IMG/VR virus record: IMGVR_UViG_3300047409_000754
Location: 1 to 52,064 of that record
Length of the DNA: 52,064 nt
DNA from: a virus
Lineage: Duplodnaviria > Caudoviricetes
Direction: 5' to 3' (one strand)
Shown here: one piece after another, positions 44,719 through 52,064 of the stretch
Numbering within the stretch: the stretch's first letter is position 1
How the letters are laid out: the number at the start of each line of letters is the position of its first letter
Notes under the pieces: generated by a model
Told to the model about the DNA's origin: nothing
The model's database searches: none
What the model saw: the letters and a program-made list of their open reading frames with translations, nothing else
Program-made: the position numbers and the translations under genes

Positions 44719-47700
44719 ACCGCGCGCTGCCCCGGCGGCAGGCGGTTGACGTTCGGCTTGATCCCGACTTCCATCGTCACGGCGGCCAGCGTCCAGGCGC
44801 ACCGCGAGTCGTTCGGACCGGCGGCGACGTTCGAGATCGTGACCTGGTAGGCGCTGCACTTCCCGTTCGGCCCCGGGTCGAACTCGACCCCGTCGAACAG
44901 GGCGTTCGCGTCGGGCGTCAAAGTGCGATTCTTCGCCGCCATGTCGGTGCCGTCGATGTTCTGGACGATCGAGAGCTGGAGCGATTCCCCGAGCCCGGCG
45001 GTGCCGAGGATGCGCCCGGTGAGCTGCCCGACGTAGATCCGCTGATAGCCGGCCACGCCCGCGAAGTTGAAGGGGGAGAACACGATCGAGTGCGCGATCG
45101 CGTTCGCCGTATCGCTGTAGAGGGACGTATTCTCCAGCAGCACGTGACCATCGGAGCCGAGATAGACCACGCTCGAGCCCCAGACGATGGCGTCCACGAT
45201 CGTCGGCGCGCCCGACGGGCTGACCAGATACGTCCAGGTCGCCCAGGTGTTGAAGGTCGTCTCCCGCACCAGCACGTTGCCGTTCACGCCGCCGGCGGAG
45301 CCGACGATCCGCATCTGGTTGAGGCCCGGCACAGCGAAGATCGTCCTGGGAGACGCGATCGCCGCGGCATCGAGCTGGATCGCCTGTCCGATCCACTCCC
45401 ACGCGCTCCCGCGAGAGAACCGCCACGGGCCGGGGCCGGGACCGCCGACGAAGCTGGTCTTCGCCTGCCAAGCCGTGAGCCCATCGTCGGCGCGCGCGAG
45501 GAGCCGAGCGCCGGCGCAACCGTTCGTGGAACTCGCCTGCGCGAACTTCAGCACGCCGCCGGCGCCGGTGTCGTCGGGGTAATCATCCGAGCTCGACCAG
45601 GCCGACGTGTTCGTGAAGGCGGCGGCGAAGCTGTCCATGCTGCCGAGAGCGGTGACCGGCTCGTTGGCGCTGTTCAACCGCGACACCAGGGCGTCGTTGA
45701 AGGCGATTCCGAACCCCTGAGCGACGTCCTTCGAGAACCAGACCGCCGTCGGGTCGCCGTCGACCCCGCCAACCAGGATGCGACCGCGATGGATCGCGAA
45801 CGTCATGCAGGGCGGAGGCGCCAGGTTCTCAAGGATGTTGCCGTCGGTGTAGAGCGGAACGCCAGCGACAAGCGTCGCGTCAGGGACCGTGTCAACGAAC
45901 GCGAAGCGGTTCGGGTTGCCGGCGCCCGGAAGGATTTGCACCGATCCCGCCTTGTAATAGGTAGAACCATCTCCGTTGGCTACCGTTCTATAAACGCCGA
46001 CCGAAACGATGCCTTTCCGGCTCACGATCACGTTCGGAATTGAATGCGTCACCTTGGTTTGACCGACGCCCAGAACCGCCTGTTGCGGAATCAGGTTCGG
46101 CCCAGACCTGTGAATCGCGCCGGTCAGATCGGTCCACTCGAAGACGTAGCGATAGGTGTACGTCGAGGATGCGGTAAGCCCGCCACCGCCGGCGAGGACG
46201 TACGCATCGGACTGTTCCGGAAAGATCGGAAACCCCTCTTCGACCACGTTGGCGCCATCGTAAATGGAAGGATACGCGCCAGGGACGTGCAGGACGCCGT
46301 TTAGCTCGACGCTGCTGCCGACCGCCACATCGTTGACAATGACCGTTACGGACGCGGCGCCAGTGTTTGACGTGATTCCTCCGGCGCCGCTTTCCAGAGA
46401 AACCGACCTGAGCCCAGCCGTGATATATGTCGACGAGGTAGGTCCGAGCATTAGGTTCGGCAGCGAGAGCAACCCCACCAAAGCATTGCTAGGATCGGCT
46501 GCCGCGACGTCGGTCATCGCTCGCGCGATGTCGATTCCGTTCCCATCCACGAGAAAATAGGTCGCCTGCCCTACTCCGCGATATTTGCGGAGGAACAGCG
46601 GCGGCGTCGGCTGAGCGTTAGTTATCAGGAAAGCGCGCGATGCGATCGCGCCTCTGGTGAATGCAGCCGATCCGAATCCGACGTTGATTGACTGAAACAC
46701 CTTGTCATCGAACGGCAACGCCCCTTTGACCGTGTAATAGACGATCGCGCTAGCCGCACCCGAACGATATCCCGTGATGCTTGCGCCGGCGACCGCCCCA
46801 GCGTCGTAAACGCCTCCCCCTGCGGAGGTGGCCAAGGTAGCGCTGTCGAACCAATCCACGTGAAGGCCGGTCGCTGAGCTGATGTATGCGACAACGAGAT
46901 TTGCCGTCGCGAAGTTGTTTGTTACGTACCCCTTCGTAACGAAGTTGGTCCCTTTTGGAGCATACGCAGTCGTACCGGCAACCGTCATTGTCGACGGCGT
47001 GAGCAGCGTTTGCGTGAGATTGCTCGTCGCGCTGTCGTTCCAAAGAACCGCAATCTTTGACGTGGCGGGGATGGCCTGGATGTCGAAGATCGGATTGAAA
47101 GCCCCAGCGGTCGACGCCGTCGTCGTGATCGCTGCGGTCGCGCTGAAAGTCGCGGTTGCAGTGTTGAACTTTACGCAGGTGATGGTGCTGGTCGTCGATT
47201 CCGCCCAGAAGATGACGGCCAACGTTCCAACTACAGCGATCCGAACCTGCACGGGGCTGCCGGTCGATGCGCGAAACGCCGTGTCGAGCTTGGCGCCGTT
47301 GGCATCCGTCACGCTGATGGACACGACCGGAAACGTGCTCGAGAGCGCGGACGGACCGGCGGACGCCCGGATGTAATATCCGTTGACGTAGGCGAAGTCG
47401 CAGGAATCGGCTGCCGTGCCCTCAACATAGATTGGACTGGAGTTGACGCTGTTGAAGTTTGGCCACGTGAGAGCATTCCCGTTGTAATCGGTCACGGGAT
47501 GCCAGCCGTCCGTCGTGCGCCGCCAAATTCCAGAGTCAGAGAAGAGAAGCAGCTGCCCGCCGAGGGTAGCCAGACGATACCCAGCCAGGACGCTGCCAGG
47601 TCGGCTGATCGCCGTCGTCCCCGGCCGCGGCACGAACTCATAGCCGCCCTGGATGCCCTCCTGGGCGTACATGTTGAGCAGGGCGTCGATGCTGCCCGTG

Positions 47701-47777
47701 ATCCCGCTCTGCTTGGGCGCGAGCTGGTCGAGCTCCTTCAGGAGAACCGGAACTACCTGTCTCGACAGCCCCCCCAT
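44715..47777 (-). CDS. Tail nozzle/tubular-B-like protein
   Basis: 1020 aa beta-rich; PRPG N-terminal motif; podovirus gene order after the adaptor. Confidence 0.65.
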   Translation of the reverse strand: MGGLSRQVVPVLLKELDQLAPKQSGITGSIDALLNMYAQEGIQGGYEFVPRPGTTAISRPGSVLAGYRLATLGGQLLLFSDSGIWRRTTDGWHPVTDYNGNALTWPNFNSVNSSPIYVEGTAADSCDFAYVNGYYIRASAGPSALSSTFPVVSISVTDANGAKLDTAFRASTGSPVQVRIAVVGTLAVIFWAESTTSTITCVKFNTATATFSATAAITTTASTAGAFNPIFDIQAIPATSKIAVLWNDSATSNLTQTLLTPSTMTVAGTTAYAPKGTNFVTKGYVTNNFATANLVVAYISSATGLHVDWFDSATLATSAGGGVYDAGAVAGASITGYRSGAASAIVYYTVKGALPFDDKVFQSINVGFGSAAFTRGAIASRAFLITNAQPTPPLFLRKYRGVGQATYFLVDGNGIDIARAMTDVAAADPSNALVGLLSLPNLMLGPTSSTYITAGLRSVSLESGAGGITSNTGAASVTVIVNDVAVGSSVELNGVLHVPGAYPSIYDGANVVEEGFPIFPEQSDAYVLAGGGGLTASSTYTYRYVFEWTDLTGAIHRSGPNLIPQQAVLGVGQTKVTHSIPNVIVSRKGIVSVGVYRTVANGDGSTYYKAGSVQILPGAGNPNRFAFVDTVPDATLVAGVPLYTDGNILENLAPPPCMTFAIHRGRILVGGVDGDPTAVWFSKDVAQGFGIAFNDALVSRLNSANEPVTALGSMDSFAAAFTNTSAWSSSDDYPDDTGAGGVLKFAQASSTNGCAGARLLARADDGLTAWQAKTSFVGGPGPGPWRFSRGSAWEWIGQAIQLDAAAIASPRTIFAVPGLNQMRIVGSAGGVNGNVLVRETTFNTWATWTYLVSPSGAPTIVDAIVWGSSVVYLGSDGHVLLENTSLYSDTANAIAHSIVFSPFNFAGVAGYQRIYVGQLTGRILGTAGLGESLQLSIVQNIDGTDMAAKNRTLTPDANALFDGVEFDPGPNGKCSAYQVTISNVAAGPNDSRCAWTLAAVTMEVGIKPNVNRLPPGQRAV

Positions 47778-48094
47778 CAGAACGCCTCGAATGTGATCGT
47801 CACGCCGGCGACGCTCGACTTGACGTTGAAGAACTTCGACGGGTCGGAGCTCGGCGAGCCGTCATAGATCACGGCCGCCGCGCTGGCGCGTACCTGGCGG
47901 TAGCCGATCAGCGGCCGGCCGAGGTTGTGGGGCAGGCGCGTGTCGACGTTGGCGACGGCGCCGAACTTCACCGTGAACAACGGATCGGCCTTTGCGATGG
48001 TGCCCAGGGCGCGTTCGACATTGCTCTGCAGCCGGTTCAGGTTCTCGGCCGTCAGCGAAGCGTCCGTGAGCTGGACGCGGTCGAGGAGGGCCAT
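47777..48094 (-). CDS. Small virion protein
   Basis: MALLDRVQ..., HNLGRP motif; coupled on both sides. Confidence 0.6.
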   Translation of the reverse strand: MALLDRVQLTDASLTAENLNRLQSNVERALGTIAKADPLFTVKFGAVANVDTRLPHNLGRPLIGYRQVRASAAAVIYDGSPSSDPSKFFNVKSSVAGVTITFEAF

Positions 48095-48756
48095 TACGCC
48101 CTGATCACCAGGTTGGCGCCCTCGAGCGAGTAGGCGCGCGCGGCCGGCGCGCCGGTGTAATCCCAGTCGTAGTCCCAGGGCGTCGTCAGGTCGGCTGCCT
48201 GGCCGGGCTCGCTGTCGCGCGTGGGGGCGGAGGTCGTGATCCGGTCGGCGATCGCCTGTTTCGTGGCCGCCAGCGCCGTGATGTCCGATTCCTCCTTGAC
48301 CGCGGCGACGATCGCGGCCGTTACCGGGATGAACTCGGCCCAGTTGTCGAGGATGAAGTCGAGGACGTCGCCGTCGGCCACCAGCACCGGGGGGGCCGGC
48401 GTGTACCAGATGGTGTAGTTGCCGGCGAAGCCTTGGTTCCGGTAGCGGTTCCGCTCCAGGAAGTTGAACGGGTGCACCGTAATCGGCTGGCCCGTGGCGC
48501 TCGGCAGGTAGTCGACGCCGCGCAGCTTGTAGAACGTCGGCGTGAGCGTCGTCAGCGTGAACGTGTTCAGCGTCGTCAGCGTGAACGCCGCGCTGGCGAC
48601 GTAGTAGTGCGGGTTCACCGACAGCACGAGGTCGTAGAGCTCGGCAACCGCCTCGTTGATGTACCGGTTCCAGTCGGCGGTGGCGACCAGGGTCTTGTTT
48701 TCCTGGTTGCTCCGCTGCTGAGCCTCGGCCCTGAGCTGTGCCAGCGTCTGTGCCAT
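48094..48756 (-). CDS. Head-tail adaptor protein
   Basis: TLAQLRAEAQQRS...WNRYINEAVAELYD pattern; follows the capsid genes. Confidence 0.7.
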   Translation of the reverse strand: MAQTLAQLRAEAQQRSNQENKTLVATADWNRYINEAVAELYDLVLSVNPHYYVASAAFTLTTLNTFTLTTLTPTFYKLRGVDYLPSATGQPITVHPFNFLERNRYRNQGFAGNYTIWYTPAPPVLVADGDVLDFILDNWAEFIPVTAAIVAAVKEESDITALAATKQAIADRITTSAPTRDSEPGQAADLTTPWDYDWDYTGAPAARAYSLEGANLVIRA

Positions 48757-48805
48757 GCGGGGTCACGCCCGCCCGACGCGCCGAAACGTATCGGGCGGGA
48801 CTTGG

Positions 48806-49090
48806 CTAGCGGCCGTTGTCCTCGTCGCTGTCGCCCAGCGATTCGCGGATCTCGAGGTAGTGACCCCATGCGGACGAGAGCGCCTTGGCGTCCCGGTTCT
48901 TCATGGCGTCGATCGCGTCCTCGCAGGCGGAGATCAGCCCGGGATCGTCGTACTTCCCGTCGCTGCCTTCGTCGGCGTCATCGTCGGGCTCGGCGTCGTT
49001 CGGCGCGTCGCCCGGCTTTTCCCCACCCCGCATCTTCTTGGATTGCAGGGCGATCATCACCGAGAGGGGCTGTCGCTTGTCCATCGCCAT
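48806..49090 (-). CDS. Small acidic hypothetical protein
   Basis: 94 aa, RBS. Confidence 0.55.
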   Translation of the reverse strand: MAMDKRQPLSVMIALQSKKMRGGEKPGDAPNDAEPDDDADEGSDGKYDDPGLISACEDAIDAMKNRDAKALSSAWGHYLEIRESLGDSDEDNGR

Positions 49091-49100
49091 CGTTGCCCCC

Positions 49101-49514
49101 TTACGGCAGGTTGGCGTTGTTCTTCAGGCCGAGCAGGACCTGGAGGATGGCGCCGTTGCGCGGGTCGGCCGCCGCGCTCGCGTTGTTGAGCATCGTGAAC
49201 GTGAGCGTTCCGGCCGATGCCAGGTTGGCCGTCGAGGTCACGATGCCGGTCAGACCGTCGCCAGCCGCGACCGTCGCCTGGATGGTGAGGATCGAGTACC
49301 AGATGAGCAGCGCCCACGGCTCGTTGAGCGAGAGCGTGTACAGGCCGGCGCCCGTCCGGTTCAGCGGGATGGTGGCCGATAGCGGCGTCTTGAACCCGGC
49401 GTACAGCGTCGGCGTGCCGGGCGCGCCGGCCGCGCCGATGGGCACGATGAGCGCCATCGTCGCCCCGCTGCTGTAGTTGAGCCCCATTTCGTAGAACAGC
49501 TTCTGATTGGCCAT
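49101..49514 (-). CDS. Putative capsid decoration protein
   Basis: RTGAGLYTLSL motif, follows the major capsid gene. Confidence 0.55.
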   Translation of the reverse strand: MANQKLFYEMGLNYSSGATMALIVPIGAAGAPGTPTLYAGFKTPLSATIPLNRTGAGLYTLSLNEPWALLIWYSILTIQATVAAGDGLTGIVTSTANLASAGTLTFTMLNNASAAADPRNGAILQVLLGLKNNANLP

Positions 49515-49529
49515 GATGTGCCTTTCGTA

Positions 49530-49547
49530 AAAGCGCCCGCGCACCCA
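49530..49547 (-). promoter_or_regulatory. Putative late-promoter motif, copy 5
   Basis: TGGGTGCGCGGGCGCTTT followed by a GAAAGG RBS. Confidence 0.6.
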
Positions 49548-49581
49548 CCGCGCCGAAGCGCGGCGGGGCGCAGGCAGGCCG

Positions 49582-50814
49582 TTACAGGAGCTGCGAGACC
49601 CCGGAGTGACCGGGAGCGGCGCACATGAGCTGCGCCAGCGTCTTGTGACGGACTTCGGTGCTGTCGGCGTTGGAGACGTCGAGCAGCGAGACGCCCTTGA
49701 GCGACGGGTACATCGGGTTCGCCCCGCCGCCGCAGTAGATGGTCCAGTCGCGCTTCGTGATCACGAAGGCGCGGTCCATCGGGCAGTAGGTCGACGGGAA
49801 GACCCGGATCCGGCCCTTCGGCCCGGCGACGGTGATCGCCTCGTAGGAGATCGTGATCCCCGCGCCCTGCATGTTCTCGTAGATGGCGCGGTTGTCGAGC
49901 TCGACGGCGAGCTTTCCGAATGCGTCGAACGAGATGAACGCCGTATCGGGTGACCCGCCGTTCTCACCGATTCGCACCGACAGGTCGTAGAGCGCCTGAC
50001 TGACGGGCTTCCCGCGGCCGTCCACGCGCACGCCGGCCAGCGAGACCGGGTCGAGCGAGCGGTCGACGCCGAAGAAGCTGTCGCCGCCGACGGGAGCCGT
50101 CAGCGGGAGCCATCCGGCGAAGCCGACGACCTTCAGCGGCGACGGGGTCGCTGCCGAGGTGCGATCGCCCTGCTGGAACAGGACGTTCGTCGGCACGAGG
50201 GCCGCGATCTGGGCCGTCCAGTTGGACGCGCTCGAGACCGTGCCGGCGTCGCGGTCGACGGCCGACACCAGCGCCGTGGTGCCACCCGAGATGAGAACGC
50301 CGGTGTTCACGGCGGGCGCCGCCACCAGGACCTGACCCGGGAAGAAGTTCTGCGCGTCGGCGCGCAGGGTGAGGGTCACGAGCGTGGTCGCGACGGTGAG
50401 GACCACGCCGCAGTCGCCATATCCGCTGCGGAACATGTCGTGCTCGAAGCGCTGCGCCAGCGCGTCGACCGCGGTCTCCGTTTCGTCGGCGAGCGCCTTG
50501 ACGATCGCGCCCTTGTTGTCCTGCGACAGCTCGATCAGCGTGTTCGCGACGCGGGCGATGGAGTAGTCGAGACCCCAGTCACCCAGGAACGGACGACGGA
50601 CCGTGAGGCCGACGTTGCCCTGCGCGTTGGTGAAGGTCGCCGACTGCCCGGGACCCTGGCTGATCTTGATGGGCTGCTTGACCTGCTCGCCGCCCGCGCG
50701 TTCCTTGGCGATCATCCCCATCGCGGGGCGATCGCGGTAGAACATGTTCTCGTAGCTGGACGCGTACCACTGCTTGTAGATCGGCTCTACGTTTGCGACG
50801 ATATCAGCGATCAT
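49582..50814 (-). CDS. Major capsid protein
   Basis: 410 aa after the scaffold, strong AAGGAG RBS; C-terminal QLMCAAPGHSG is typical of HK97-fold capsids. Confidence 0.8.
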   Translation of the reverse strand: MIADIVANVEPIYKQWYASSYENMFYRDRPAMGMIAKERAGGEQVKQPIKISQGPGQSATFTNAQGNVGLTVRRPFLGDWGLDYSIARVANTLIELSQDNKGAIVKALADETETAVDALAQRFEHDMFRSGYGDCGVVLTVATTLVTLTLRADAQNFFPGQVLVAAPAVNTGVLISGGTTALVSAVDRDAGTVSSASNWTAQIAALVPTNVLFQQGDRTSAATPSPLKVVGFAGWLPLTAPVGGDSFFGVDRSLDPVSLAGVRVDGRGKPVSQALYDLSVRIGENGGSPDTAFISFDAFGKLAVELDNRAIYENMQGAGITISYEAITVAGPKGRIRVFPSTYCPMDRAFVITKRDWTIYCGGGANPMYPSLKGVSLLDVSNADSTEVRHKTLAQLMCAAPGHSGVSQLL

Positions 50815-50855
50815 TGGATCGCTCCTTCAAGGGAAAGACGACGGTGGTTGCGGGG

Positions 50856-51929
50856 TTACTGACGCTGGAACGGCATGAGCACTTCCCTGAGTGCGTCACG
50901 CGGATCCATCGAGCCCCGTGCTGGCGCGCGCGGCGGTGCCGAGCCCCCCAGCGATGAATTGATCGTCCGCGGCTTGGCCCGTTGGCTGTCGTACGCGGGG
51001 GCCGTCTTGTCGGTGAGCCCTTTCAGGATGTCGGCGTCTTTGTCGCTCAACGCAGCCCCGATGAGACCCTCGGGGAGCGATTCGCCTTTCGGCGCAAGTC
51101 CAGTCTTCGCGGCGGCTGCCGGCGCGGGGGCGGCGCCGCGCGCCGATCCCTTCGCCAGCTTCTTGCCGCGGTCCTCATAAACCAGCTCCTGGTGCTCGAT
51201 GGCGGCAGCGACCGCCTCCTCGAATTCACCGGGCATCAACTCGGGGCGGCCGGCCTTGTTCCAGGCGGACACGACCTCGGCGAACACGTCGTTCGCAGCC
51301 TCCGCGCCGAGCCGCGCGCAGATCTCGTACTTGTCGGCCTGCTTGGCGATCGTCTGCGCGATGCTGCCCAGCGTCTCGGCGCGCGCCGACTCGGCCTGGC
51401 GCGTGGCGGCGGCCTGGCGCGCGGCGGTCGTCTCGTCGTCGCGAAGCTTCTTCTGGGCCGCGACCTCGGCGCGCAGCTCCTCGATCGCCTTGGCCTGCGC
51501 CTGCTCGGCGGTCAGCTGGGGCGTCGCGTCCGCGTAGCGGTTGACGATCGTCTCGAAGTTGAGCCCCAGCTTCGCGAACGCCGCGTCCATCGTCGCGGGG
51601 TCAGACGCCGCCTTGGCCGCGATCGCGTCCCATTCGGCGGCCTTGGCCTCCGCTGCCGCCGCGCGCTGCTCGGCGACGCGCGCGGCGCGGGTCGCCTCTC
51701 GGCTCTGCTTGCTGAGCGAGGCGAGACGGCCGGTCAGGTCTGGGCGCTTGGCCGCCGGCTCCGGGGCGGCGGCAGCTGGCGGCGCTGCCGCCGCTGGAGC
51801 GCCGCCGTCGGTCGCGTCTACCTGGGCGGCGCCGGCGGCCCCGGCCGCTACGTCCACCGCCGGCGCCGCGTCGCCCGATGGCGAGCCTTCTGCGCCCGCG
51901 CTCGTGCCGCTGCCTGCGTTGTCAGCCAT
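50856..51929 (-). CDS. Capsid scaffolding protein
   Basis: Ala/Glu coiled coil between portal and capsid on the circle. Confidence 0.7.
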   Translation of the reverse strand: MADNAGSGTSAGAEGSPSGDAAPAVDVAAGAAGAAQVDATDGGAPAAAAPPAAAAPEPAAKRPDLTGRLASLSKQSREATRAARVAEQRAAAAEAKAAEWDAIAAKAASDPATMDAAFAKLGLNFETIVNRYADATPQLTAEQAQAKAIEELRAEVAAQKKLRDDETTAARQAAATRQAESARAETLGSIAQTIAKQADKYEICARLGAEAANDVFAEVVSAWNKAGRPELMPGEFEEAVAAAIEHQELVYEDRGKKLAKGSARGAAPAPAAAAKTGLAPKGESLPEGLIGAALSDKDADILKGLTDKTAPAYDSQRAKPRTINSSLGGSAPPRAPARGSMDPRDALREVLMPFQRQ

Positions 51930-51934
51930 TCGCT

Positions 51935-51952
51935 AAAGCGCGCCTGTACCCA
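51935..51952 (-). promoter_or_regulatory. Putative late-promoter motif, copy 6
   Basis: TGGGTACAGGCGCGCTTT, 5 nt before the scaffold ATG. Confidence 0.6.
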
Positions 51953-51966
51953 TTGCCGACGCGGTG

Positions 51967-52064
51967 TTACGTCCCGACGTAGTCCTTGAGCCGGTGCCGC
52001 GGTCCCGCGCGCCGGTTGCCAGCCTTCCGGTAGGCGATCGCGGCGGCCTGCTTCGGATCGCGGC
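51967..52064 (-). CDS. 3' part of the small origin-spanning protein
   Basis: ...RDPKQAAAIAYRKAGNRRAGPRHRLKDYVGT*. Confidence 0.7.
   Translation of the reverse strand, partial: RDPKQAAAIAYRKAGNRRAGPRHRLKDYVGT

Overview
The window looks like a complete, circularly permuted genome of a high-GC temperate podovirus-like phage (about 52,044 bp). The last 20 nt repeat the first 20 nt and a small gene reads across the join. Most genes are on the minus strand: packaging (TerL, portal), head (scaffold, major capsid), tail and ejection proteins, lysis, replication/recombination (5'-exonuclease-RecT-like fusion, SSB) and a tyrosine integrase. Four accessory elements stand out. (i) A PRS-like plus NAMPT-like gene pair matching the NARP1 NAD+-reconstitution anti-defence pathway. 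(ii) An array of 33 tRNA genes covering all 20 amino acids, preceded by an apparent ribosome-coupled attenuator: a 52-codon leader ORF using 19 amino acids whose last codons form an antiterminator to an intrinsic terminator in front of the first tRNA; a boxA-like site lies inside the array. (iii) A Ro60/TROVE gene preceded by two Y-RNA-like elements, one of which appears to be a circularly permuted YrlA with a free 8-bp acceptor stem and an encoded CCA end. (iv) An 18-bp motif repeated six times just upstream of structural-gene start codons, probably a phage late promoter. All calls come from reading the sequence by eye and recognising motifs; no searches or folding programs were run.
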